A stretch of 64,000 nucleotides of DNA. It comes from Candidatus Latescibacterota bacterium. Its GTDB lineage: Bacteria; Latescibacterota; UBA2968; UBA8231. Below are positions 44,771-53,642 of the stretch, one piece after another. Where the stretch lies: NCBI GenBank assembly GCA_022825835.1, contig JAJDVZ010000131.1, positions 15,532 to 79,531 of the forward strand, written 5' to 3'. The position numbers and the translations under genes were made by a program. Within the stretch, counting starts at the first letter, position 1; every line of letters starts with the position of its first letter. The notes below the pieces were generated by a model that saw nothing but the letters and a program-made list of their open reading frames with translations, had not been told where the DNA came from and made no database searches.

Positions 44771-44915
44771 TCAGGGCTGCGCCCTCTTCTTGTACGTCTT
44801 AGGCCTATTCGGCTTAGGCCAAACCTCGTTGATTATATCGCAGAGCCAGGCCATGCGGGGTTACGCCTGCGGCCATCGCGGGTGTGATGCACAAGCTCTG
44901 GTGAATGCGAATGAA
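44771..44915 (-). pseudogene. IS1-family transposase C-terminal remnant (frameshifted)
   Basis: Minus strand reads FIRIHQSLCITPAMAAGVTP, then after a frameshift MAWLCDIINEVWPKPNRPKTYKKRAQP*. TPAMAAG plus a basic PK..R..YKKR tail is typical of long IS1-type transposases. Confidence 0.7.
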
Positions 44916-45062
44916 CCAAGAGGTCCTCTTGGCAAAAACTATGCTAGGGGGTTTCTTATTTTAAAAAGGACCCACTGCCCTAACAGCGGTCCGTCGCCAG
45001 TACTGTCCGTCGCCAAAATTGGCGGGCGCATTGGCAACGCATCGCAGGAGACGCGAAACCCC

Positions 45063-46037
45063 TTGGCAGCACCCGCCATTGATGTCCGCGAATTGAGCAA
45101 GACCTATGAGGTCCCCGTGCGCGAGGGCGGCTTGGCCGCGGCGATCAAAAGCCTCGTGCAACGCCAGACGCGCCAAGTCGAAGCGGTTAAGCAGATCAGC
45201 TTTGCGGTCGCTCCCGGCGAGATCGTCGGCTTCTTAGGACCGAATGGCGCGGGCAAGACCACCAGCCTCAAGATGCTTTCGGGCCTCCTACACCCCTCCG
45301 GCGGGCAAGGGCGCGTCCTCGGTTTTGAGCCGTTCAAGCGGCAGCGCGATTTCCTTCGTCAGATCACCTTGGTGATGGGCAATCGCAACCAGCTACTGTG
45401 GGACATCCCGGTAATCGACTCCTTTGAGCGCAACCGGGCCATCTATCGCCTAGAGCGGGGCGCGTACCGGCAAACGGTCGAAGAATTGACCGCGCTGCTC
45501 GACCTAGGTGCCCTCCTCGACAAGCCCGTGCGCAACCTCTCCTTGGGCGAACGCATGAAGTGCGAAATTGCCGCCGCGCTTTTGCACAAGCCGCAAGTCC
45601 TCTTCCTCGACGAGCCGACCATCGGCCTCGACGTGACCATGCAGCGGCGGATCCGCGCGTTTTTAACCGAGTACAATCAGCGCTACGGCGCCACCGTGCT
45701 CCTCACCAGTCACTACATGGCCGACGTCGAGGCACTGTGTAAACGAGTGGTGGTCATTCACCACGGACTGCTGCTGTTTGACGGCCAGCTCACCGAGCTT
45801 GTGCAGCGCTTCTCACCGCACAAGACGATCATCGTCGAGCTGGAAAACGGGCACGGCAACCTCGGCAATTACGGAGAGATCGTCGCCAGTAGCGAGGGGC
45901 GCGTCTCGCTGCGCGTGCCCAAGGCAGAGACCGCGCAGGTGACCGGGCGGCTCCTCAGCGAGCAACCCGTCCTCGATCTGACGGTGGAGGACCCGCCGAT
46001 TGAGGACGTGATCGAAGAGGTCTTTGAACGCGCATGA
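45063..46037 (+). CDS. ABC exporter ATP-binding protein
   Basis: GPNGAGKTT, LSLGERMK, LFLDEPT, LTSH. TTG start after GCAGGAG. Confidence 0.92.
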   Translation: MAAPAIDVRELSKTYEVPVREGGLAAAIKSLVQRQTRQVEAVKQISFAVAPGEIVGFLGPNGAGKTTSLKMLSGLLHPSGGQGRVLGFEPFKRQRDFLRQITLVMGNRNQLLWDIPVIDSFERNRAIYRLERGAYRQTVEELTALLDLGALLDKPVRNLSLGERMKCEIAAALLHKPQVLFLDEPTIGLDVTMQRRIRAFLTEYNQRYGATVLLTSHYMADVEALCKRVVVIHHGLLLFDGQLTELVQRFSPHKTIIVELENGHGNLGNYGEIVASSEGRVSLRVPKAETAQVTGRLLSEQPVLDLTVEDPPIEDVIEEVFERA

Positions 46038-46837
46038 GGGGGCTAGCAGACATCTACACTACGCTCTTTCGCACCGATCTGGCCGTGCAGTTCCAGTACC
46101 GGGCGGCGATGGTGATCTGGCTGATCGGGCGCATCGTTGATACGCTGGTCTTCCTTTCGGTGTGGACCGCAGTGGCCCACTCCAAGGGCGGGCAAGTGGG
46201 GGACTTCGCCAGCGGAGATTTTGCCGCCTACTACATCATTATGATGATGATGGGGCACCTGACATTTACTTGGTTCATGTTTGAGTTTGAATATCGGGTG
46301 CGGTCAGGGGCCTTCTCGCCGCTCCTGCTCCAGCCCTTGCACCCGATTCACCGCGACATCGCCACGAACATCTCCTACAAGTTCCTGACCCTAGCGGTCA
46401 TGCTACCGACGGTGGGGCTGATGGTTTGGATCTTCGATCCGGTCTTCGACCCGCCAACTTGGGCGATTTGGGCCGCGATACCCGTCGTCCTGCTGGCGTT
46501 CCTGATGCGCTTTTTCGTCGAGTGGGCACTGGCTTTAGTGGCCCTGTGGACCACGCGCACGGCCGCGGCCAACCAACTCTACTTCGCGGCCTCGCTTTTC
46601 TTTTCGGGCCAAATGGCACCGCTGTCGCTTTTGCCCGAGTGGCTCCAAGCGCTGGCCGCGATTTTGCCCTTCCGCTGGATGCTGGCCTTTCCCACCGAAC
46701 TTCTGCTCGGCCGCCTCACGCCCACCGAGGTCGTCTGGGGCGCGGCGGCGCAGGTGGCGTGGCTGGGGCTGAGCTGGGGGGTTATGGCCGCGGTCTGGTC
46801 GCGCGGCGTGCGCAGATACTCGGCGGTGGGCTCGTGA
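46034..46837 (+). CDS. ABC-2 family permease (DUF990-like)
   Basis: QYRA, six TM segments, FSGQMAPL, RRYSAVGS. Coupled to the ATPase. Confidence 0.88.
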   Translation: MRGLADIYTTLFRTDLAVQFQYRAAMVIWLIGRIVDTLVFLSVWTAVAHSKGGQVGDFASGDFAAYYIIMMMMGHLTFTWFMFEFEYRVRSGAFSPLLLQPLHPIHRDIATNISYKFLTLAVMLPTVGLMVWIFDPVFDPPTWAIWAAIPVVLLAFLMRFFVEWALALVALWTTRTAAANQLYFAASLFFSGQMAPLSLLPEWLQALAAILPFRWMLAFPTELLLGRLTPTEVVWGAAAQVAWLGLSWGVMAAVWSRGVRRYSAVGS

Positions 46838-47619
46838 ACTACTTGCGGCTCCTGTGGATCTTCCTGCGCGTCGGCGCGATGAACGAGCTGGCGTACCGAG
46901 CCAATTTCTGGGTGCAACTCTTGCAAAGCTTGCTCAATTTGGGCGTCGCGCTGGCGGGTTTGGCGGTGATTTTCTCGCACACCGAAGAACTAGGCGGCTG
47001 GCAGCCGGCCGAGTTGGTGGCTCTCTTGGGAGTCTTCTTCCTGATGAGCGGCCTGATTGGCGCACTGATCCAGCCGTCAATGCAGCGCTTTATGGAGGAT
47101 ATCCACCTCGGCACGCTGGACTTTACCCTCACCAAGCCGGAGGATGCACAAGTGCTAGTGAGCATCGGCGAGGTGCGGATCTGGAAGTTTTTGGACGTAG
47201 TGCAGGGAGTGGCCCTGATTGCCGTGGCCCTCGTCGAAATCGGGATGCGGACGGGCCTTGCCCACGCCGCGGGATTTGCCCTGACGCTTGCGGCTGGCGC
47301 GGCAATCGTATACAGTTTTTGGCTGGTGCTGGCAACGACCGCGTTCTGGTTTATCAAAGCGGAGAACATCCTCGTCATCTTCCAGGCCGTTTACAGCGCG
47401 GGCAAGTATCCGGTGGCCATCTATCCGCGCTGGCTCAAGCTGGCGATGACTTTTCTGGTGCCCGTGGCCTTTGCGGTGACCGTGCCTTCGGAAGCCTTGG
47501 TGGGGCGATTGTCGCCAACGGTGTTGGGGGGCGCATTGGCAATGGCAGGGGGCATGTTGGTGGGAGCGCGGGCGTTTTGGTTGTGGGGGGTGCGGCACTA
47601 TTCAGGAGCGTCGGCCTAG
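46834..47619 (+). CDS. ABC-2 family permease (DUF990-like), second subunit
   Basis: GTG overlapping the upstream stop. YRANF, GTLDF.LTKP, KYP..IYP, RHYSGASA. Confidence 0.88.
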   Translation: MNYLRLLWIFLRVGAMNELAYRANFWVQLLQSLLNLGVALAGLAVIFSHTEELGGWQPAELVALLGVFFLMSGLIGALIQPSMQRFMEDIHLGTLDFTLTKPEDAQVLVSIGEVRIWKFLDVVQGVALIAVALVEIGMRTGLAHAAGFALTLAAGAAIVYSFWLVLATTAFWFIKAENILVIFQAVYSAGKYPVAIYPRWLKLAMTFLVPVAFAVTVPSEALVGRLSPTVLGGALAMAGGMLVGARAFWLWGVRHYSGASA

Positions 47620-47661
47620 CGATCAGTCCATCTTGCATTTTCTAAGAAAGGGGCCATAGAA

Positions 47662-48678
47662 ATGAGTGACGGACAAAGCGGCATGCACGTCGGAGTGCAG
47701 GGGATCGGCACTTCAAAGATGGAACTGGAGTTCCTGGTGCGACACGGGGTGACGCACATGGACGCCAGTGTTGAGGACAACGAGGTCGAGACCTTAGTGC
47801 GGCACAAGGAAGAGGCGGTCGCGTACGGGGTGAGTATGGAGTCGATCCACATCAGCCTACCCAAAAGCATCACACTGGCGCAGGACCCGCAGCGCGACCG
47901 GGACCTCGACGAGGTCTGCCGCTGGATCGAAAACGCGGGCAAAGCCGGGCTGCGGGCCTTGCTCTACAACTTCTGTATCCTGCCGCACCAGCGCACCGAG
48001 CCCACGCCTGGACGAGGAGGCGTGACGTACAGCTCATTTGACCTCTCGAAATTCGACAACGAAACGCTGAGCGAAGCGGGCGTAGTCAGCCGCGAAGAAG
48101 CGTTTGAGCGGGCGGCCTACTGGCTGGAGCGCGTAATTCCGGTAGCCGAGGAAAACAAGGTGCAGATGGCCTGCCATCTCAACGACCCACCCGCTCCGGT
48201 CCTGCGCGGCGTCGAGCGCTGGAACTGGCCAGTGATGGAAGGGCTCAAGCGCTTTTCCGAGCTGGTCGATAGCCCGTATCACGGCTTTAATTTCTGCTGC
48301 GGCGTGGCATCCGAAGGCTTGGAAAATCCGGCCGAGGAACTCTGCGACATCGTGCGCTACTTCGGCGAGCGGGGGAAGCTCTTCAACATCCACTACCGCA
48401 ACATCAAGGGCGGGCTGCACAATTTCCAAGAGGTCTGGCCCGACGAAGGCGATGTCGATATGCACGAGGTGGCGCGCACCTTGCGGGCCGTCGGCTATGA
48501 GTACATGCTAATGCCCGACCACGCGCCGTCCCACCCCGACGACAAGGCACCCGAGGGCGTGTCGGGCCGGGTGCGCCAAGCCTGGGCCTTTCAGTTCGGA
48601 TATATCATCGCCATGATCCAAGCGGTGAATAAAGAGCGGTCCGGCCTCAGCATTGGGGCCGCAGCGCAAACGGCCTAG
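47662..48678 (+). CDS. uxuA: Mannonate dehydratase family protein
   Basis: IEN.GKAG...YNF, YWLERVIPVAEE..V.MACH..DPP, GFNFCCG, IHYRN, DEGDVDM, MPDHAP, FGYI.AM. Confidence 0.8.
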   Translation: MSDGQSGMHVGVQGIGTSKMELEFLVRHGVTHMDASVEDNEVETLVRHKEEAVAYGVSMESIHISLPKSITLAQDPQRDRDLDEVCRWIENAGKAGLRALLYNFCILPHQRTEPTPGRGGVTYSSFDLSKFDNETLSEAGVVSREEAFERAAYWLERVIPVAEENKVQMACHLNDPPAPVLRGVERWNWPVMEGLKRFSELVDSPYHGFNFCCGVASEGLENPAEELCDIVRYFGERGKLFNIHYRNIKGGLHNFQEVWPDEGDVDMHEVARTLRAVGYEYMLMPDHAPSHPDDKAPEGVSGRVRQAWAFQFGYIIAMIQAVNKERSGLSIGAAAQTA

Positions 48679-48680
48679 AA

Positions 48681-49598
48681 ATGGAAAACTGCGGCATGTC
48701 GATTCATTGGCTGAGGGCAGCACTATTGCTGGTCCTGCTCAGCTCGTTTAGTGGAGCTCAGTCCCGAGCAGAACAAGCCTTGAGGCTGGATCTGCAGGCG
48801 TTGGAGGGAGTCGTCTATATAGTGGGCTTGGCCAGTGGAGCAGCCCTGCTGGTCTCGCTGGGGCTACTCGTTGCGCGGTGGCGGATGGGGACGGTGCGGG
48901 CGCGGCGCTTTGTCTTGCGCGGCGACGAGGGCCAACCAATCGCTCAGTTGGTGCAAGGCCCTGATGGCGGCGGCGAGTTGGAGCTGAGGGATGCCGACGG
49001 TGAACTTACCGCAGTGTTGGGCAGTGGACTTAAATTGTGCGACCGATCAGGACGGGTGCGGGCCGACTTGCGGCTGGAGGGCGATAAGGCCCCGCTGCTG
49101 GAACTCTACGACGAGCGGGGCGAAGTGCGGGCGGGCTTTTCGCTGAGCGAGGACGGGGCCGGCAGTTTGGCCTTTTACGACGAGACCGGGCGGCCTCGCG
49201 CAGGTCTGGGAAGCGGCCACGCCGGCGCAATGCGGTTGAGTTTTTTTGATAAGCAAGGACGGCTGCGGCTGCAAAGCGGCATCGAAGACGAAGAAGTGCC
49301 TTCGTTCAAGCTCTACGATTCTCAAGGCGAGGTGCGCGGTGCCTTGAGCGTACGGGCCGATGGCATGACCTTGCTCGAAATGCGCGACCAAGACGGCCAC
49401 ACGCGCACCATCGTCGGCGTCCTAGAAGATGGAATTGCTTGGCTTGGAGTTCTCGACGAGGAGCAGCGTTTCCGCGCGGGGTTAGGCGCACCGACCGGCG
49501 GCAACCCTCGGCTGGACTTCTACGACGAAGACGGGGAGACGCGGGCCTCTTTGCGCATCGACAACCAAGGCCGCTTTAAGACCGATCCAGATTCTTAA
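48681..49598 (+). CDS. Membrane-anchored protein with ~23-aa beta repeats
   Basis: Signal peptide plus TM segment, then about 9 repeats of L-x-F/L-Y-D-x-x-G-x-x-R-A-x-L. Confidence 0.7.
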   Translation: MENCGMSIHWLRAALLLVLLSSFSGAQSRAEQALRLDLQALEGVVYIVGLASGAALLVSLGLLVARWRMGTVRARRFVLRGDEGQPIAQLVQGPDGGGELELRDADGELTAVLGSGLKLCDRSGRVRADLRLEGDKAPLLELYDERGEVRAGFSLSEDGAGSLAFYDETGRPRAGLGSGHAGAMRLSFFDKQGRLRLQSGIEDEEVPSFKLYDSQGEVRGALSVRADGMTLLEMRDQDGHTRTIVGVLEDGIAWLGVLDEEQRFRAGLGAPTGGNPRLDFYDEDGETRASLRIDNQGRFKTDPDS

Positions 49599-49613
49599 TT
49601 TTGGGAGAACGTT

Positions 49614-50825
49614 GTGGATATAGCGGGGAAAAGTCTGGTCGCTCTCAGAGACCACTATCGGCACTACCTCTTTGAAGAGTACCTGCCCTTTTGGGACAAA
49701 TATGGTATCGACCACGAGTTGGGCGGGTTTATCTGCGCTCTAGATCACGACGGAACTCTCGTAGAAGACAGCAAAAACATCTGGTATCAGGGGCGCGGTC
49801 TGTGGACCTACTCGTACCTGTACCAACACTTTGGCGGGGAGGAACACTTGCAGGTGGCACGCAAGGCCCGCGACTTTCTCCTCGCGCATGGCCGAGACCA
49901 AGCCGGCGATTGGGTAACGGCGTTGGATCGGCAGGGGCGGGTCATCTCGCCGGCGACGAAGCGGGGCTACGAGGGCCTTTTCGTCGCCGAAGGGCTACAA
50001 GCCTACGCCCGGGCAACCGGCGACGCAGAGGCCCTCGAAACGGCCATCGTCAGCCTCTGGCGCTCGGTTGCTCTTTTTGACGATCCCGAGCGCTTTTCAG
50101 AGGAACGTTATATTCCGCACAACTATCCGGGGATGCGGATACTGGGCAACCACATGGTGCTCGTGTTGGTTCTGACCCAGCTACTCGAACAGGTTGCCGA
50201 CCCCAAACTGGAAGCGCTCTCCGACCGAGTCGTCGATGCGATTGTCCAGCGCTTCTGGCATCCCGAGTACCGCCTGATGAACGAGGCGCTAGACCACGAT
50301 TACAGACGGCCCGACGATCCCAATGAGGACTTCATCTACTTGGGCCACGCCATCGAGACGCTGTGGATGCTCCTGCCCGAGGCGATGCGCCGCCGAGATC
50401 GCGCACTCTTTGATCTGGCCGCCGCGCGCTTCCGCCGCCATCTCGAAGTGGCTTGGGATGACGTTTATGGCGGGCTTTTCCGTGCGATGCACGTACACGG
50501 CACCTATACCTTCGACAAGGTGCTCTGGTTGCAGGAAGAGGCCCTGATCGGCTGTCTGATTCTGTTGGAACACGCAGGACTGGAGTGGGCTGGGGAGTGG
50601 TTTGGACGAGTTTTCGATTGCGTAGAAGAGCGGTTTTCGCTCAAGCAGTACGGACATCCATTGTATTTGTATGGCGGGGACCGCAAGGTGAATTATACGG
50701 ACCACGTCTCCCGCAAGGAGCACTACCACCATCCGCGGTGCGTGATGCGGAACTTACTGGCGTTGGAGCGGATGATCGCGCGGGATGGTGCCATATCGGA
50801 CTTCTGGAGCGCGGAGGCGGGCTAA
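49614..50825 (+). CDS. AGE family (N-acylglucosamine 2-epimerase-like) epimerase/isomerase
   Basis: LPFW...ID.E.GGF.C.LD.DG, WYQGRGLW, GHAIETLW, KVLW.Q.E, HHPR. Confidence 0.88.
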   Translation: MDIAGKSLVALRDHYRHYLFEEYLPFWDKYGIDHELGGFICALDHDGTLVEDSKNIWYQGRGLWTYSYLYQHFGGEEHLQVARKARDFLLAHGRDQAGDWVTALDRQGRVISPATKRGYEGLFVAEGLQAYARATGDAEALETAIVSLWRSVALFDDPERFSEERYIPHNYPGMRILGNHMVLVLVLTQLLEQVADPKLEALSDRVVDAIVQRFWHPEYRLMNEALDHDYRRPDDPNEDFIYLGHAIETLWMLLPEAMRRRDRALFDLAAARFRRHLEVAWDDVYGGLFRAMHVHGTYTFDKVLWLQEEALIGCLILLEHAGLEWAGEWFGRVFDCVEERFSLKQYGHPLYLYGGDRKVNYTDHVSRKEHYHHPRCVMRNLLALERMIARDGAISDFWSAEAG

Positions 50826-50833
50826 AGAAGCGC

Positions 50834-51268
50834 TCACAACTCGTCGTACCGCGGAACCTGATCGATGAAACCGCGATCGGCGACATAGCAGTAGTGGACC
50901 AAGCCATTGGTGACCAAAAGACAGCGCGCCTGAACCACGCGGTTGTACGCGGCAATTTGGTCGAAGGTCTCCTGACTGATGGAGACCTCCGGCTCTTTGC
51001 ACTCGGCCATTAGCACGGCACAGCCCGTGTGGTCGTGGACGATCACATCGGCGCGAAACCGCTTGCCGTGAAGGTCAATGCTCTTCTCAATGGCGATCAA
51101 CCCGCGCGGGTAGCCCAAATCCGAGATTAGGTATTGCACCAAGTGCTGCCGCACCCACTCCTCGGGCGTCAACCGCACGTACTTGCGGCGCAACGGGTCG
51201 AGTATCTCGCGCTTGCCTTCGACTTGGCGGATGTCAAAAGCGGCGGCCGGGAGGTTGAGGCGCTGCAT
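50834..51268 (-). CDS. Stand-alone HsdR N-terminal-like (HSDR_N_2) PD-(D/E)xK domain protein
   Basis: LNLP, DPLRRKYV.LTPEEWVRQ, GYP..I.IEK, RAD, ECK, QIA.YN, TNG. Confidence 0.85.
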   Translation of the reverse strand: MQRLNLPAAAFDIRQVEGKREILDPLRRKYVRLTPEEWVRQHLVQYLISDLGYPRGLIAIEKSIDLHGKRFRADVIVHDHTGCAVLMAECKEPEVSISQETFDQIAAYNRVVQARCLLVTNGLVHYCYVADRGFIDQVPRYDEL

Positions 51269-51270
51269 GT

Positions 51271-53619
51271 CTATTTGAGCAACAGCATCTTGTGGACCAA
51301 GGAGGCCGTGCCCTTCTGGAGGCGCGCCAAATAAACGCCCGTGGCCACAGGTTTTCCGCTGGCGTCCGTCCCATCCCATTCAACTTGGTAAACGCCCGGT
51401 CCTACATCGCCGTCGGCGAGTGTCTTCACCTTCTGGCCCTGTACGTCGAAAATCTCCAAGCGCATCCGACCCGGCGATGCGATGCGGTAGCGGATGGTGG
51501 TGGAGCTATTGAACGGGTTGGGGTAGTTCGGGTCTATGGCAAATTCTCGCGGCGCAGCGATTCGGTCGTCCTCTTCCCGCACCGCCGTAACACCTCCAGA
51601 GTACGGAGCAGCGACCAAGCGGATTTCGTCGAGGTAGAAGGTTCCGCGCAGGCTGCCGATTAGGCGCAGCGACTCAATAGGGCCGTCGAGGGCCAGATCG
51701 TCCAAGGTGGCCTCAACGATCTGCCACTGGTCCAAGTCCAGATCAATTTGGTCAATGAGACTCAGCGGGCGGGCGGTCTCGCCGTTGACGACAAGGCCCA
51801 AGGAGGGCCGGAAGCCGCCGGAAGCCTTGCCCGGATGCAGGGCCATGCGCAGCACAGTGTAGCCAACTTGGGCGACCGGCGCACGGGGCAGGAATTCAAT
51901 GGTAAAACCTCGGGCATCCACCCGCAGCGCTCGCTGGCCGGCGAACACGGTATCGGCATGGGTCGGGTCGAGTTGCGCGCTGTAGAGGGCACCTTGCTCC
52001 CATGCAAGCTCGTCGGCAAAGAGGACTTGATCCGCTCTGGGTAGCACGACGACGGAATGCACTAGTTTGGTCGCCTCGTCGCCTTGCGCGAGATGCACCA
52101 CCAGCTTTTTGCGGCCATTGTGCTCACCAGCCGAGAGGTCGGCTTCAAGGCGATAGGTCCGGTCGTCTATCGCTTGCAGGGGCAGGGCCTCGGGACCATC
52201 CAACGCACTCAGATCAGCTATGAGCTGCGCTGGTTCTGCGCCCTCTAGCTGCCGCCGGAGGCGAATCGTCGAACGCAAAGGCAGCGTTGCCCCGGCGAGC
52301 AATGTGTCGGGCGGGGGATTTCCCCACGTGCCTTGGAGGGGGATGGCCTCGATGCGGAAGATGGCTTGGGTGAAATCATCGCTGGTCACGTAAAGGCGAC
52401 CGGCCTCGTCGGTAATCAGCCCAACGGGTTTACCCCATACAGCCCTTTCGTTAGGGTCGGGACGGAAACCGGTGAGAAAGTCGGCGACGCGAGCGTTGGA
52501 CCCATCCGGCTCGGCAAAGAGCGCCATGACCTTGTAGCCGAGGTCGTTGCCTAGGACACCTGCGCGGAAGGCGACAAACGCGGCGTGTTTGTACTGGGGC
52601 GGGAACTGATCGTGCGTGTAGAAATGCAGACCCATCGGGGCCAAATGGGCGGGGACGAGAGCCGCCGGACGCTCCATGCTGGCAACCAACAGCGAGTCGG
52701 CAGCGGTCAGCGGGAAGATCGCCCGGCGGTACGAGTCAATGGAGAAATCGGTCCAGACCTGATAGGCATACGCCAAAGGCCAGCCATAGAAGCCGCCGTC
52801 GCGCAGCGGGGTGATCCACTCCGGCGGCAGATCCCGGCCCTCGCGGTCGTGTCCGTTGCCAGCGCCCCACAGCTCGCCGGTGACCGGGTGCAAGTCGAGA
52901 CCGATGGCATTGCGCAGTCCTGAAGCATAAATCCGCCGACCCGTGCCATCGGTGTTCATCTGGATGACCGTGGACCGCTCCGGGTCGTCTTCGCGGCAGA
53001 GGTCGCAACCTGAGCCAATGTGGAAGTAGAGCTTGTCGTTGGCTTCGTCGAAGACCAGCGTATGCGTCACGTGCTCAGAGGATCGTCCCATAAAACCGGG
53101 CACCTCGGCGAATACGGCGCGCTCCTCGTAGAAGCCGTCCGCGTCCCGGTCTTCAAGGCGGTAAATCGCATCGTCATCGGCGACGAAGAGCGCCCCCTTG
53201 TAGAAGGCGATGCTGTGCGGCCAGTGAAAATCGTCAGCGGCCTTGTACACGGTGTCGGCGCGGCCATCGCCGTCTTTGTCGGGCAAGGCCAACACGGTGC
53301 TTTGGCGACCGGAGGCCGGACTCCATTGACTGCTTCCCCGAGTCTTCATATTGGCCACATGCAAGACGCCTTGGTCGTCCCATGCCATAAAGCGGGCTTT
53401 ATCTACTTGGTCGGAGAAGAGTTTGACCTTAAAGCCGGGCGGGAGGTTGAGCGTGTGGTCGGGAAGTCCCTCAACCGGCACTGGTTCAAGGTGAAGGTCA
53501 ATTTTGGGCGTTAAGCGGATCTGACCGGGGGGATACTCGGCGTGGAGGGCCGTGCTGGCAAGCAGGATGCAGAACAGGTAAGCGAGCGAGACGATGCGGA
53601 CAGCAGGTAGCACAGACAT
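51271..53619 (-). CDS. Secreted glucose/sorbosone dehydrogenase-like beta-propeller protein with extra domains and T9SS/FlgD-like C-terminal domain
   Basis: LPPGFKV, ARFMA, GSGCD.C.E, ASGLRNAIG, GGFYGWP, AHLAPMG, GKPVG. Tail NYPNPFNS...IFDVQGQKVK...WDGTD...TGVY...KMLLLK. Confidence 0.85.
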   Translation of the reverse strand: MSVLPAVRIVSLAYLFCILLASTALHAEYPPGQIRLTPKIDLHLEPVPVEGLPDHTLNLPPGFKVKLFSDQVDKARFMAWDDQGVLHVANMKTRGSSQWSPASGRQSTVLALPDKDGDGRADTVYKAADDFHWPHSIAFYKGALFVADDDAIYRLEDRDADGFYEERAVFAEVPGFMGRSSEHVTHTLVFDEANDKLYFHIGSGCDLCREDDPERSTVIQMNTDGTGRRIYASGLRNAIGLDLHPVTGELWGAGNGHDREGRDLPPEWITPLRDGGFYGWPLAYAYQVWTDFSIDSYRRAIFPLTAADSLLVASMERPAALVPAHLAPMGLHFYTHDQFPPQYKHAAFVAFRAGVLGNDLGYKVMALFAEPDGSNARVADFLTGFRPDPNERAVWGKPVGLITDEAGRLYVTSDDFTQAIFRIEAIPLQGTWGNPPPDTLLAGATLPLRSTIRLRRQLEGAEPAQLIADLSALDGPEALPLQAIDDRTYRLEADLSAGEHNGRKKLVVHLAQGDEATKLVHSVVVLPRADQVLFADELAWEQGALYSAQLDPTHADTVFAGQRALRVDARGFTIEFLPRAPVAQVGYTVLRMALHPGKASGGFRPSLGLVVNGETARPLSLIDQIDLDLDQWQIVEATLDDLALDGPIESLRLIGSLRGTFYLDEIRLVAAPYSGGVTAVREEDDRIAAPREFAIDPNYPNPFNSSTTIRYRIASPGRMRLEIFDVQGQKVKTLADGDVGPGVYQVEWDGTDASGKPVATGVYLARLQKGTASLVHKMLLLK

Positions 53620-53642
53620 GAGACGTTCCGGTGGTTTGAGGT

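Larger units (their letters stand above)
42641..44915 (-). mobile_element. Degenerate IS1-family element (one end plus transposase 3' remnant) bracketing two cargo genes
   Basis: GGTAGTGGGGCCTTTTGAAAT at 42641-42661 resembles IS1-family termini (GGTAATG/GGTGATG-like). Transposase C-terminal remnant at 44771-44915 points toward it. Confidence 0.45.

Noticed and set aside
44790-45062. N-terminal extension of the ABC ATPase in the ORF track
   Set aside because: It overlaps the antisense transposase remnant. The RBS and family-like sequence begin at TTG 45063.
50834-51268. Type I restriction-modification or defence system
   Set aside because: Only a small stand-alone HsdR-N-like domain is present, with no helicase, hsdM or hsdS nearby.
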